A DNA stretch of 64,000 bases from Octopus sinensis. Taxonomy: Eukaryota. Positions 24,795 through 38,824 of the stretch are shown here, piece by piece. The position numbers and the translations under genes were made by a program. Below the pieces are notes generated by a model. It searched no databases, was not told the DNA's origin, and saw nothing but the letters and a program-made list of their open reading frames with translations. The stretch covers positions 192,820,001 to 192,884,000 of the forward strand of contig NC_042997.1 in NCBI RefSeq assembly GCF_006345805.1. The letters are read 5' to 3'. Numbering within the stretch: the first letter of the stretch is position 1; every line of letters begins with the position of its first letter.

Positions 24795-25469
24795 ATGAGT
24801 GGCTACAGACTAACTTGGATAAAACTCAAATGAATATCCAGTTTCTGGGAACTATACGTTTTCCTCCAGACACAGAAGACTTACAGGACCTGATTATTAC
24901 TATAGATTTTAATTAAAATTAATAATTGCTGTTGTTTAGTCCCCAGACCAACTTGATAAAGTAGACCTATGAGCAAAAATATTCCAACCATGACTACCCC
25001 ATCTGTCTTCCGGGTACCGTGCCGTAAGGGAAATTTAGCTACTGTTTCTTGTTGGTCGAACTAATTTACTCTGCACGCGGGGTTTTCTAAATTTAAAAAA
25101 GAAAAATTAAATGTAAAAGTGAGAAATCTTTTTTAAAGAATCGTCGTTTCACCCTGAATCCTGTATCAAGTTTCTTGAAATTCTTGTGACAAAACACAAA
25201 TTTATTCTAATAGTGAACGTTTTCTTCTCCCCCTCTCTCACCTCCACTAGCTCCTGTTCGCATAACCATCCAACTTTTACCTCCACCTCTACGTGTGTGT
25301 GTGTGTGTGTGTGTATTTATCTACCTACTTAGTGAGCGGTGTTATTTCAAGTAGTTATGTATTTTCCGTCCACGTACCGTTGTAATACCGTAATCATGTT
25401 TTCATCCTCCTCATTTAACTTCACAAAACTACTGCCAGCAGTTTCATAGTTTGTTTTATGAAAGTATCT

Positions 25470-26294
25470 CGTGTTAGAGAGAGAGAGAGAAAGCGAGTCA
25501 GTCAGTCAGTCGGTGAAAAAAGAGAGAGAAGCTATTCAAATTATCCAAGCAAGCAATGTTATTTAGTCTTGCTTTTCTAGTATTGCTTTCGTTTTCGATG
25601 AAGGAAACTCACTAAGTTAATTAGACAATAAAGGTGTTCTTTCATTTCTCTTTCTCTCTCATTTTTTTTTCTTTTTTTTCTCACTAGCAGTCGATGAACT
25701 TATTTTCTCTCTCTCATCATCAGAGCTATATGCATCGCATCTTTTTCATCGTCTGTGCATTACACCACATCTCGCTAGCTTTCAGTCTTTTTGTACCTCT
25801 CTTAGCTAGTATGCACCTTTTTCAAATAAATGTGCGCACAAACACATACACATACACACACCGCAATCTCTCTCTCCCGTATACACACGGATTTACCTCT
25901 CAAGACTGCTTGTTACTATTAAATAATAAGAGACCTGCTTACTATTAAATAAATAACACACAATAACAGGAAGCTTGACTTCCAACAGTAATAACTGAAA
26001 GTTGGCTTATTACCACCGACTATCATAGATCGATACGTGTACCCACCTTTCCCACACAGACACACATACACACAAGCACACACTTTCTTCTACCTTAGTC
26101 GTCGTAGTAGTTTCTTTTACAATATCGTTGATACACGCGTACACGCTGCTGCTGTGTAATATAAATCGTAACTGGACACATGAGCTCAGCTGAGTTACTA
26201 TCAACACCACCATTTGTCTACTACTACTGCTGTCTGCCGTCCGTTTGTTTTACCCGAAAAACTTGAGATCTTCAACATAAACACTGCTGGATGA
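25470..26294 (+). promoter_or_regulatory. Candidate internal promoter and 5' UTR exon of a short WIP isoform
   Basis: Repeat-free, CpG-retaining block; (GA)n then repeated TCAGTC initiator-like motifs at 25498-25511; ends in ATGA|gtgagt. Confidence 0.5.
26291..26294 (+). CDS. Start codon plus 1 nt of alternative first exon (M-S when joined to 33412)
   Basis: ATG A|GTGAGT is phase 1 and joins in frame to give MSKKSNDSSPRGGGG; in-frame TGA 27 nt upstream. Confidence 0.5.
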
Positions 26295-27027
26295 GTGAGT
26301 GATAAATTACTTCTATTTCATTCATTCATTGTTGATATTATATTTCACCCAACCCCCTGTTCGAACAGGTCTAAGCTAGGATCACAAGCTTTTCAAGCCT
26401 GTCGCTTTAAGACTAAGCGTATCTAGTAGTATCATTTATCCGATGTCCTGCTGTATTTATTTATTTATTTATTCGGATGGCAGGGTGTGGTTTCAGTGAT
26501 ATTGGTTGTCATTTCTAGCAGATCTAACGGTCATGTAAATACCCCTTGGCAGTTTATTTTCTGTTCATATTTTTATCATTTCTTAATCTCCGTATTTTTG
26601 TCTTTGCAGCTCACGCTTTTTTTTGCGATATCATCTTTTACTTTATAACTACATAACTCTAGATGTTCCTCTATGCATGCCTGCATACGTAAATGTATGC
26701 ATGCATGCATGGTTTCATACATGTATATTGTATTTATATATGCATCTATGTATGCATGTTTGCATACATAGAGCATACATAGGTGTATATATTACTTACA
26801 CGTATGCATGTTTGTAATATGTGTAAACGTATCCGTAAAAGTGCGTACACGAATGTAGTCGATATGTGTACATGCATTTATGTGTATATGCATGCATAGA
26901 TGGCTGTTGTTTTTTAGCCGCAGGTCATCCCCGACCAAGTATACTCATGGCCAAAGATACTCGATTAATCCTTGACCGACCCGTCTTTTATTCAGACACA
27001 ATACTTTTTACAACATTAGCCAACGTG

Positions 27028-27112
<85 letters not shown>

Positions 27113-27719
27113 CACACACATACATGCACACATTAAAAAAAACACTAGGCTGTGATTTTAGAAGATTTAGCTGCTATTTCTATTGTCAAACAGTCTTGTA
27201 AAGGCTTCTTTATTGGTTTCATGTATACTGGGTGTGTATATATATATATATATATCTATGTGTCTGGGGAACTGTAGATCCCTTTTAACTATACGTATCG
27301 GGTTGTGTTGCTTACTATATCCATAGTTATGTGTGTACATATTATGTGCCGTTATGTATTTCTCTACCAATTTCTACTCGTGCCTCTGTCGTCTTATCTT
27401 CAATACCGCCTCTCTCTTATTCTTTCAAATGTAAACTATTTCATTTATTTATAGTTCGGCTATTATTACCGTTCCCTATTCATTTTCATTTTTTTTTCTT
27501 TCTTTCTTTCTAGCAGAAAAGCCCATATATTATATTACTATATAATTTAGGCGCGAGCGAGCGAACCTCTTAGATTTGGCATAGATAATTTTGTCTTTGT
27601 GCCCTAACAGTAGAAAAGTGTTGATGACTACATTCCAGTAGTCGTTCATACAATTCCTTAACTCAGCCCTAACAATCCTCCACATCCAAGTAACTCCTCT
27701 ATTGTGGTTGATATTACTC

Positions 27720-27726
27720 TGTGAGC

Positions 27727-27808
<82 letters not shown>

Positions 27809-28366
27809 GTATGTGTATGTATGTGTGTATGTGTATGTATGTGTGTATGTGTATGTATGTGTATGTGTGTATGTGTATGTATGTGTGTATGTGTATGTAT
27901 GTGTGTATGTGTATGTATGTGTATGTATGTGTGTATGTGTATATATATGTGTGTATGTGTATATATATGTGTGTATGTGTATATATATATGTATGTATGT
28001 ATGTGTATATATGTATGTATGTGTATATATATATGTATGTATGTGTATATATATATGTATGTATGTATGTGTATATATATATGTATGTATGTATGTGTAT
28101 ATATATATGTATGTATGTATGTGTATATATATGTATGTATGTATGTGTGTATATATATATATGTATGTGTGTATATATATATATGTATGTATGTGTATAT
28201 ATATATATGTATGTATTGTATATATATATATGTATGTATGTATGTGTATATATATATGTATGTATGTATGTATGTGTATATATATATGTATGTATGTATG
28301 TATGTGTATATATATATGTATGTATGTATGTATGTGTATATATATATGTATGTATGTATGTATGTG

Positions 28367-28435
<69 letters not shown>
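27720..28435. repeat. Compound (TA)/(TG)/(TATG) microsatellite, about 715 bp
   Basis: Almost unbroken purine-pyrimidine alternation. Confidence 0.95.
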
Positions 28436-29060
28436 TAGGGGTACGTTACGCCTCAATAATATATGTATAGAAATTAAATATAAATTATAAATTACAAAGT
28501 GGGACAAGAACGCAAAAACACACAAAGAGACGACACAAAAAAAAAACAGACGGGTCACTCGAAGCCTCTAATCTTCAGTCGGAAACCACCGGATCATCTT
28601 ATGTATATATGTATGTGGTAATATTTTGACAATTGTGCTATATAAAAATTTTTCACATTGTCAAACTGCTGAACCTGTCAGCAAGTCTATCTCGAGGTGG
28701 CAACCGAATCTGTTACTAAATTTATGTAAGCATTTATTTTGCTACTACCGCGTGTCTCTTGTTCCTCTCCTCTATCCTACATGTAAATATATATATGTGT
28801 ATGTTTATATATGTACACCACACACACACACACAGCAGTCCTTTAAGAATTGCAGTGTGTGTGTGTGTGTGTGTGTGAATCTAAATTCCAATTCTTCAAG
28901 GTTCTTGTCAACAGTACAGTTTGGCAATTAAAAAAATTGATATTGTAATTAAAGGGTGTAGTAATTATAATGGAAAGAGAAATATAGTTTGTTGTGATTG
29001 TGAGATTTGTGGTGGGAGGAAGGGGTCCAACTTCATTTTACATTTAAACTTTTTCTTCAG

Positions 29061-29168
29061 AGACAAAATATCTTCAAGAAAACAACTTTGCATTTGAAAT
29101 TTATAAATTTCCTCACCAGATTCTGGGACTTGTCCAAAAAAACAAGTTGGAAAGTATGTGTGTTTATG
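29061..29168 (+). CDS. Candidate 108-nt phase 1-1 exon
   Basis: Acceptor aaactttttcttcag, donor ATG|gtgagt, open frame TKYLQENNFAFEIYKFPHQILGLVQKNKLESMCVY. Confidence 0.38.
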
Positions 29169-29383
29169 GTGAGTAGGAAGACATCTTCACTATAATACAT
29201 GACATATTCGACATTTCTGGCTGAATATTCCTCAGCAAATTCTCTGAGACTTACAAAGAGAATTAATTGGACAAGGTGGTGCAAAATCACATGTTTATAA
29301 GTCATCTGAATTTTACAGTTCAACTAAATTATGCAGAGACATGAATCTGTGTATATTATTATTATATATCCGTATTATTATAT

Positions 29384-29796
29384 AGGTGTAGGAGTGGCTG
29401 TGTGGTAAGTAGGTTGCTTATGAACTACTTAGTTCCGGGTTCAGTCCCATTGCGTGGCACCTTGGGCAAGTGTCTTCTACTATAACCTCGGGCCAACCAA
29501 AGCCTTGTGAGTGGACGGAAACTGAAAGAAGCCCATCGTATATATGTATATATATATGTATGTATGTGTGTGTGTGTGTATGTTTGTGTGTCTGTGTTTG
29601 TCCCCCCCCCCAACATCGCTTGACAACCGATGCTGGTGTGTTTACGTCCCCGTAACTTAGCGGTTCAGCAAAAGAGACTGATAGAATAAATACTAGGCTT
29701 ACAAAGAATAAGTCCTGGGGGTTGATTTGCTTGACTAAAGGCAGTGCTCCAGCATGACCAAAGTCAAATGACTGAAACAAGTGTAAGAGTAAAGAG
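29384..29796 (+). mobile_element. SINE family B, full length
   Basis: Matches 11084-11474. Confidence 0.88.
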
Positions 29797-30714
29797 GATC
29801 CATAGCCTGTGCTGTATTGTCTCGTACTCAATTATTTTTTGGCTGTCAGCCTTGTACTATTATATAAATATGTTTGCACTGAACCATGCTTGTTTACTTT
29901 TTAATAAGTATCTTTCAGAAGCAAATGATGATGAAATATTAATTAACAGTCAAACTGGTTGGTTCCTCTGTCATTCTAAGCTGCCAAAAAAGATCCCTCA
30001 TGGGTCTAATTTCACAGCCAGTTTAAATACATAAGGAACGTGGGAAGGGGGTTTTCAATCCACTCTCTCCCACCTCTGGGACAAAGACATTTTTGACTCC
30101 CCCACTTAAATTAACAGGTGTGAAAGGTGAGAGGAATTTTTATGACCCTTCACATCTGCAACATGTGATGGTGAGCAACTATTTCACGGTCCTCTCTTGC
30201 TGTGCATGCCTCAGAATATTTTTATTTGTACTAAATATACTTGGATGGCCACACCTAGGTTTTTTCCCCTTCATTTCTTCCATTCAAGTCATTGATCTTC
30301 TCTTACTGGTTGAATAGGGTTGACTATGTTAATCAACTAGACGTAATTACAGATAACTGAACCTAAAAGCCTACAAGGATGTTTGAACATGAACATTGGA
30401 CTTGCTAGTAATAGCAGCTAAATCTCCCTGAAATTTCAAATAGCCTGCTTGTAAAAAAAAGAGGTGGGGGTTCCTGTCACATTGAGAAATGTAACTTTAG
30501 ATACACTAATTCGAATAAAACTTCAAATGGTCATAGGTGTGCTTGATCAGGGTTTCCCTCAATCTTAACAACAACAGCTATGAAATTAGGACCTAAACTG
30601 AGATTTTAGTAAAACCTAAGCTTAAAAAGAGACAATGGGTAAACATGTAATGTGGTCGATGGATACGGTTTTTAAAAGAGGAAGGAAGACAAGTTGGATA
30701 ATATAAACAGAGAT

Positions 30715-31053
<339 letters not shown>

Positions 31054-31066
31054 TATATATATATAT

Positions 31067-31098
<32 letters not shown>

Positions 31099-31945
31099 TG
31101 GTTACAAATCAACTTCTTAACCATGTAGCCATAGCTGTGCTTCTGTTTGGTGTTCTGTGCTCCATTCTCTGCACCTCTTTCCTTATACACTCTGTGGATG
31201 AGCAATTGTTGTTTGTATTTTAATTGCTCTCTTAGGTCTGAAGGAAGAGGCTGGGCCCATAGCTTTTGGAAAACCCTCCAAAACCAAGACTTTCTAATTG
31301 TTCTGCTATGTGTGCAAGACCAGGGACAGATTAGACTCTACTATACATGACGGGCTTCTTTCAGTTTCCGTCTACCAAATCCACTCACAAGGCTTTGGTC
31401 GGCCCGAGGCTATAGTAGAAGACACTTGCCCAAGGTGCCACGCAGTGGGAATGAACCCAGAGCCATGTGGTTGGTAAGCAAGCTACTTACCACACAGCCA
31501 CTCCTGCGCCTATTAATCATTTTTGTTTTTTTGTTTTACTGTTGTTTGTTGTATCTTGTGTTTATTGAGAACTATATTATCAGATGTGTCCTTATATTTA
31601 AGGTAGTGTTAAGAGGTGATTTGTGGGAGATTTGGCTGCTGTTTCTGGCACTGTTGGTTCCTGAAGCTGAGTCGGATCTGCAATGTATCATGTATACACA
31701 TAGCAGAACACCTAAAATTTGCTGCTCTTGGAGAGCTTGCAAAGGCTATGGACTCAGGAGCCCTTTCCTCAGATCTAGCTAAGAAAATAAGAAGCTGGTG
31801 TACTCTTTAGCACCATGTTGCATTGTGAGCCGGATCAATTGGGAAAAGGTGGGAAAATCCTTGAGCTAAGGCTGTTTAGTTATCTCCCTTTATTTTCTTG
31901 GTTCAAATCCTGCAGCTGTTGATTTTACAGCTCATACTTCCATAT

Positions 31946-32251
31946 CGTGGAGGCACAATGGCCCAATGGTTAGGGCAGCGGACTCGCGGTTGTAGGATCG
32001 CGGTTTCGATTCCCAGACCAGGCGCTGTGAGTGTTTATTGAGTGAAAAAACCTAATGCACCACGAGGCTCCGGCAGTGGGTGGTGGCGATCCCTGCTGTA
32101 CTCTTTCGCCACAACTTTCTCTCACTCTTTCTTCTGTTGGCCTGCTCGCTTAGCCAGCGGGGTGGCGTTATTTGAGGGCTAACACATTGTGAAGCGCATT
32201 GTGACCAGCGATGTGTAGCAACATCTGATAGCCTGGTCGGTCACGGTGATC
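31946..32251 (+). mobile_element. tRNA-SINE family D, CpG-rich (young)
   Basis: tggcccaatggttagg A box, gtttcgattccc B box; 10-bp TSD acttccatat at 31936-31945 and 32252-32261; older minus copy near 11750-12020. Confidence 0.85.
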
Positions 32252-32266
32252 ACTTCCATATAAATA

Positions 32267-32476
32267 CAATAATCCCTCGACTATTGCGGGTGTTATGTTC
32301 CAAAACCACCCTGCAATGGGTGAAAATCCATGAAGTAGAAATAGTACTGAACTGTATATTTTTTTCCATTATTTTTATAATTTGTAAATATTTATTTTAT
32401 TACAAATGCAAATTAACCCCACGGAGGAATCGATGAAAACTTTAATAATAAACCGTGATATGGCGAGGGATTACTT
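32267..32476. mobile_element. Tigger/pogo-like MITE
   Basis: TA-flanked imperfect TIRs CAATAATCCCTCG / CGAGGGATTACTT, 210 bp. Confidence 0.65.
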
Positions 32477-32764
32477 TACATGACATAAATGCTGTCAAGT
32501 ATTTGGGTTCAGTTTGACCCCCACAAACCCCAAAATATGTGGCCCTGTATTTGTGTTAATCATTTTATTTCATCATCAGGAATATAAAAATATATTAAAT
32601 TTCAAATATCTTTCCTTTTTTTTTTTTTTTTGCTTTTTCATTGAAATTTACATAAAGCAGTTTTGTTATCATGATAATGATATCTCGTTATCATTAATGA
32701 TATACTATTATCATTAATGAGAAATTAGAAACCGTTTTCTTTCTCTTTTTTTCTGTTCCCCCTG

Positions 32765-32803
<39 letters not shown>

Positions 32804-33411
32804 TCATTTGCTTTTAGAACATTTTGAAATTCATCACCATCATTTTCTGCATTCCTCAGTCTCTTTGTGTGTCTGTGTAATCTAAATTTCATTCTGTATT
32901 CATATCTCTATTTTTCCATCACATCTGTCCTCATTCACTCTCTCTCCAAAAAAAAAAATGTAATTTTTACTCTGTGCATATAAAACAGAAAATAAGAAGA
33001 GGGAAAATGTGTTGATTTCTTTGTAATATGTTTGATTTAATCTACAAGTTTTATTTATTTATATATATATGTATATGTTTTTTTTTTTTTTTTGAGCGCA
33101 ACACATTTTTCTGTTGCTCTCATAGTAAATTATTTAATATGAAATCTCCAAAGGATTTGCAGGAGTAACATTTTGTTCATGGAAATTTTTTATTTATATT
33201 TATTTTTTTTTACATATCATTCTATCTTCTGTTTCATTTCTTACTCTTTATTTCATTGCATATTAATCTTTTTTCTCCCTCATTTCTTGTTCTAAAGAAA
33301 ACAGTCATGAGCAAGTATATTATTATCATAGTATATTTCAATGATTTTTTTATTTTCAATTGTAATAATTTCCATTTTAATTATTAACGCTTTCTTTAAT
33401 GTTATCCCCAG

Positions 33412-33549
33412 GTAAGAAATCAAATGACAGCTCACCACGAGGTGGCGGAGGTTTTCCTCCAAACAAAATTGGAGGCATGGCTGGCGAGTTATTCCCTGGA
33501 GGAATACCAAAATTTGCAAACAAAGGTCAAAAACAGAGAATACCAGCAG
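33412..33549 (+). CDS. WIP: WIP/verprolin constant exon (Gly-rich, GELFPGGIPKF)
   Basis: ttatccccag| acceptor, CAG|gtaagg donor, 138 nt, phase 1-1; matches the WIP-family GGLFxGGxPKL block that follows the WH2 domain. Confidence 0.85.
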
Positions 33550-33813
33550 GTAAGGTTTTAATAACTTAAGGATCTAGTCATGTTAACAATATATCAGTAT
33601 GTATGCTTGCATCTCCAAAAATAGCCATCATCGTTGTCATCACTTAATATCCATTTTCCATGCTGGCATCAGTTGAACAGTTTGACAGGAGTTGGCAAGG
33701 CCAGGGGCCGCATCAGGTTTCATAGTTTAGGCTTGGTTTCTACAACTGAATATCCTTCCTAGCACCAACCATTTTGCAGAGTGGACAGAGCATTTTTTGT
33801 GGCACTAGCACCA

Positions 33814-34437
33814 GTGCTTTTTGCATGGCACCATCACCAGTGCTTTTCACATGGTACCATCACCAGTTCTTTTCACATGGTACCATCACCAGTTCTTTTT
33901 ACATGGTACCATCACCAGTTCTTTTCACATGGTACCATCACCAGTGCTTTTCACATGGTACCATCACCAGTGCTTTTCACATGGTACCATCACCAGTGCC
34001 TTTCACATGGGACAATCACCAGTGCCTTTCACATGGGACCATCACCAGTGCCTTTCACATGGGACCATCACCAGTTCTTTTCACATGGTACCATCACCAG
34101 TGCCTTTCACATGGGACCATCACCAGTGCTTTTCACATGGTACCATCACCAGTTCTTTTCACATGGTACCATCACCAGTGCTTTTCACATGGTACCATCA
34201 GCAGTGCTTTTCACATGGTACCATCACCAGTTCTTTTCACATGGTACCATCACCAGTGCCTTTCACATGGTACCATCACCAGTTCTTTTCACATGGTACC
34301 ATCACCAGTGCCTTTCACATGGTACCATCACCAGTTCTTTTCACATGGTACCATCACCAGTGCTTTTTGCATGGTACCATCACCAGTTCTTTTCACATGG
34401 TACCATCACCAGTTCTTTTCACATGGCTCCATCACCA
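33814..34437. repeat. 26-bp minisatellite, 24 units
   Basis: Unit gt(g/t)c(t/c)tttcacatgg(t/g)accatcacca; 624 bp = 24 x 26; embedded in a minus-strand RTE 3' tail. Confidence 0.95.
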
Positions 34438-35576
34438 GTGCTTTTTATGTGACACCAATATATCACAGGTATGGCTATGTAGTTGAGAAGCTAACTTTGC
34501 AAGAACATGGTTTTCAGTTGAGTCTTCATTGCATGGCATCTTGGCCAAGTGTCTTCGATTACAGCTTTAAAATGGCTAATACCTTCAGTTTGACCTTGAT
34601 ATGTGAAAACTTGGGCAAGTGTCTTCTATAGCCTCAGGTTAACCAACTCCTTGTGAATGAACTTTGGTGAATGGGGACTGTGCGTAAGACCATCGCATGT
34701 GCACATGCACATCAACACTTCTTGCGACTAGCAGTGATGTTTATATCCTCCGTAGGCAAACACTGACCATGACAGTAACTGATGATCAATTTACTCATCT
34801 GTTTTGACATTGCTTGCAGAAATAAGTGGGCAAGGAGTTTGTTTGGAGGAAGGACTAGTTTAACATGGATCTAGCAAGTAAGATACAATAAAGTGCTGGG
34901 AAACTGGCTGAGAGATGGTCCTGGGTGGAGAGGATATGTGACAAGCTCTTCATTGTAGTTCTTGTGGAGAAGTGTGGCCTTGTGGCCAGAGTATTCAGCT
35001 CACAATCATTAGTCATGAGTTCAATTCCCAACAGCACACTGTGTCCTTGAGCAAGACTCTTTATTTCATGTTGCTCCACTCCACTGGCAAAAATGAATTG
35101 TACCTGTATTTCAAAGGGCAAACCTTGTTACACTGTGTCATGCTAAATCTCCCTGAGATGATTACATTAAGAGTACTCATGTCGGTGGAGTGCTCAGCCA
35201 CTTGCTCGTTAATTTCATGAGCAGGCTGTTCCATTAATCAGATCAACTAGAACCCTCATTATTGTAACCGACAAAGTGCCAGTTTAGCCCTGGGTCAACT
35301 CAGATTAAGTAGATCTATGATTAAAGACATACAAGCAATGATCTTCTCATCTTTTTTTTAGGGGTTTGTAGGACTATATTATTTAATATGATGGACTTCC
35401 CCACAGTTTCATAACCTACAGAGCACCAGTTCTTTGTAGTTTATGTGGTTTGTTGTGAGAGATTGAGGACCTAGGCAGGGCTGGCATTTATGCATTATTG
35501 ATCTAGAGTACACGTCTTGTACTCCACATATGCATTTTGTTTCTTTCCTTATCATCTATGTGTCCTGTGCCTGTTG

Positions 35577-35900
35577 TAATAATAATAATGAAATTATTGT
35601 ATATAGTGCTCAGGTGTGCTACAACTCATCAAAGGTGCACGTAAAGTACATAGAATTATGTATAAAAGTCAGGAAAGGGAACAGTGTAAGAGTCATGATA
35701 TACGTATGTGCATGTATATGGATGGGGTGGATATCGGATGTAGTGTTGGTGAATTTCAGGAAGCATGGAGATTTTAAAGGATGTAATGTCTCAGCAACTA
35801 ATAACTGATGCAGGTAGTTTGTTCCATACTTCAACAACTCTGAGTATGAAAAAAATTTTTCCAAACGTCGGCCTTTACCTGGGATGTGGTCAGTCCACTT
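35577..35900 (-). mobile_element. CR1/L2-like LINE 3' fragment
   Basis: Same 3' end (...gagcactatatacaataatttc(att)n) as 39690-40158 and 38037-38140. Confidence 0.7.
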
Positions 35901-37363
35901 ATGCATACCTTCCCTTCTTAGGACACAAAACTCTGCTTGCGAAGACCTGTTGAGGCAAGTGAAATTGAAATCGATCAAAAATCAATGGAAATTGTAGCCG
36001 TGATACCAGTGCCGGTGGCACGTAAAAACCCACCAACCAATCGTGGTCGTTGCCAGCCCTGCCTGGCATCTGTGCCGGTGGCACGTAAAAAGCACCCACT
36101 ACACTCACGGAGTGGTTGGCGTTAGGAAGGGCATCCAGCTGTAGAAACATTGCCAGATCAGACTGGGCCTGGTGCAGCCTCCATGGTTTCCCAGACCCCG
36201 GTCGAACCGTCCAACCCATGCTAGCATGAAAAACGGATGTTAAACGATGATGATGATGATGATGATGGGAGATGTGCTGTCTTCTGACTTCATAGAGGTG
36301 CTGCTCTTAGTAATTCATCTTCTATGCATGTGTGATAGCTCTTTATGCTGTTGAATATAATGCTTTGACATTCTTGTTTTATGTTGATGACTAGTATACG
36401 GGTAAACAGTTTATGTATCATACCTATCTTTTACTTGTTTCAGTCATTGAACTGTGGCCAAGCGAGGGCACTGCCTTGAAGGGTTCTTGTTAACCAGATT
36501 GACCATAGCACTTAAGTCTGACATTTATTGATATCCTTTGCTGAACCTCTAAGTAAACAAACCAGTACCATGTCAAATGGCAGTGGGGGACATACATACA
36601 CATACACACACGTGGATTATGATGGGTTTCCACACAGTTTCCATCTACCAGATTGATTTAGTGCCGCTGGACTGCCTCCTGTGCAGGTGGCACGTAAAAA
36701 GCACCATTTGGGCATGGCCGTTGCCAGTACCACCAAACTGGCCCTTGTGCCTGTGGCACGTAAAAGCACCCGCTACACTCTCAGAGTGATTGGCGTTAGG
36801 AAGGGCATCCAGCTGTAGAAACTCTGCCAGATCAGATTGGAGTCTGGTTCGCCAGACAACCCATGCTAGCAGGGAAAGCGGACGTTAAATGCTGATGATG
36901 ATGATGATAATCAGCCCAAGGACTGAACCTAAAACCATGTAATTGTGGTTGAAAAGTGAGTTTCTTAAGCATACAGCCATGCCTGTCAAAATACTCAGAT
37001 ACTATTTCTAAGACAGAAATAGTATTTATTTCTGTCTTGTAAGGCATCATTAGTCATTTGACTTCAACCTTTGAAGTTTGAGTATATTCCAGTTCTGACA
37101 AGGAAACCTAACTTTTGTGGTGCAATTTTGAGGTTGATGTGGATTCACCGAAAGAGACTCTTGTTTGACCCTGCATCACCTATTCACTAACCTCAGACAT
37201 AGCTAGGACTGCATTATCTGATATGTCCTTCCATTTGTATGGTGGTAGATCTGATTTGAAGGAGATTTGATTTCCATTTCTAGCAGGGCTCTCTCTCCCA
37301 TTAGCTCAACCATAGGAGGTTGCTGGAAATAGTAAAAGGTAGCTTGTGGTAAGATGTGATGAT

Positions 37364-37783
37364 CTCTCTTTACTCTTTTACTCTTTTCCGTGTTTCAGTC
37401 ATTTGACTGTGGCCATGCTGGAGCACTGCCTTTAGTCGAGCAAATTGACCCCAGGACTTATTCTTTGTAAGCCTAATACTTATTCTATCGGTCTCTTTTG
37501 CCGAACTGCTAAGTTACGGGGACGTAAACACACCAGCATCGGTTGTCAAGTGATGTTGGGGGGGACAAACACAGACACACAAACACACACACACACACAT
37601 ATATAAATATACATATATACGACAGGCTTCTTTCAGTTTCTGTCTACCAAATCCATTTACAAGGCTTTGGTCGGCCCGAGGCTATAGTAGAAGACACTTG
37701 CCCAAGGTGCCACACAGTGGAACTGAACCCAGAACTATGTTGTTCGTAAGCAAGCTACTTACCTCACAGCCACTCCAGCACCT
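37364..37783 (-). mobile_element. SINE family B, full length
   Basis: Matches the reverse complement of 11084-11474. Confidence 0.88.
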
Positions 37784-38824
37784 GAGTATTTATAAAAAGA
37801 AAAGAAAAAAAGGCAACATATGAGTTGGCAACCATTGTATCTGTGCCAGAATCAACTCATTAGCTTTCAGATTATTCTGTCAAATGTAATGCTTATTTAT
37901 TCACATAGCTTTGAATTAATCATCTTGTAGCTTTGAAAATTTGATGATGTGATTGCTTAGCTTTAGAATGGAATTGTAAGGTATGTATGAGGAATTGGAT
38001 CTGGGTAGTTTGAGAGTGTGTGTGTGTATGTATATAATAACAATAATAATGAAATTATTGTGTATAGTGCTCAGGTGCACTACAACACATCAAAGGTGGA
38101 TGTACGGTACATAGAATTATGTACAAAAGTCAGGAAGGTACTATGTACTGTACTGGCACCTTCGATGTGTTGTAGTGCACCAGAGCACTATACACAATAT
38201 ATATATACATACACACAACAGGCGACGCAACGATCACATTACTGCGTCGCCTTACTAGCACTTGTGTTGGTGGTATGTGAAGCATTCGAGCAAGGTCATC
38301 ACCAGTGCCGCTGGACTGGCTCCTGTGCAGGTGACACATAAAAGCATCCACTACACTCTCGGAGTGGTTGGCGTTAGGAAGGGCATCCAGCTGTAGAAAC
38401 TCTGCCAGATCAGATTGGAGTCTGGTTTGCCAGATCTCAGTCAAATCATCCAACCCATGTTAGCATGGAAGGCAGACGTTAAATGATGAAGAACAGGTTT
38501 CTTTCAGTTTCTATCAAATCTTCTCCCAAGGCTTTTTGTCAACTTGGGGCTATAATAGAAAACTTAACCCCGCACCTGAAATTGCTGGCCTTGTGCCAAA
38601 ATTTGAAATTATTATTAATTTGGGGTTTGGTTCATAAATTAACATGAAATTTTTGTGAAAGGTTTTAATTTCAATAACTTCAAAACTAGAAGGTTTTATC
38701 AAAGGACCAGGGTCATTATCAGGTGAGCTGGTATCAAAAGGGCTGAAAACCTGTAACATTTTCTTCTTCAGTTTCAGAAAAATGGTTGTCATGATTTTGA
38801 AATTTTCCTTTTTTTCTGTATCAG

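Noticed and set aside
27530-28558. Long ORFs of 235-342 aa (also 49943-51041, 53446-53811, 57394-57846)
   Set aside because: Translations of stop-free microsatellites (YI/HT/CV/poly-S).
28470-28600. Fourth hammerhead (minus-strand CUGAAGA in a (TA)n-linked repeat)
   Set aside because: The core 5' half is canonical, but there is no GAAA and no clean stem II or stem I in this copy; a family consensus is needed.
33774-34631. Three overlapping repeat-protein ORFs; possible CRISPR array
   Set aside because: The 26-bp unit has no stop in any plus frame; units are contiguous with no unique spacers; no cas genes; eukaryotic context.
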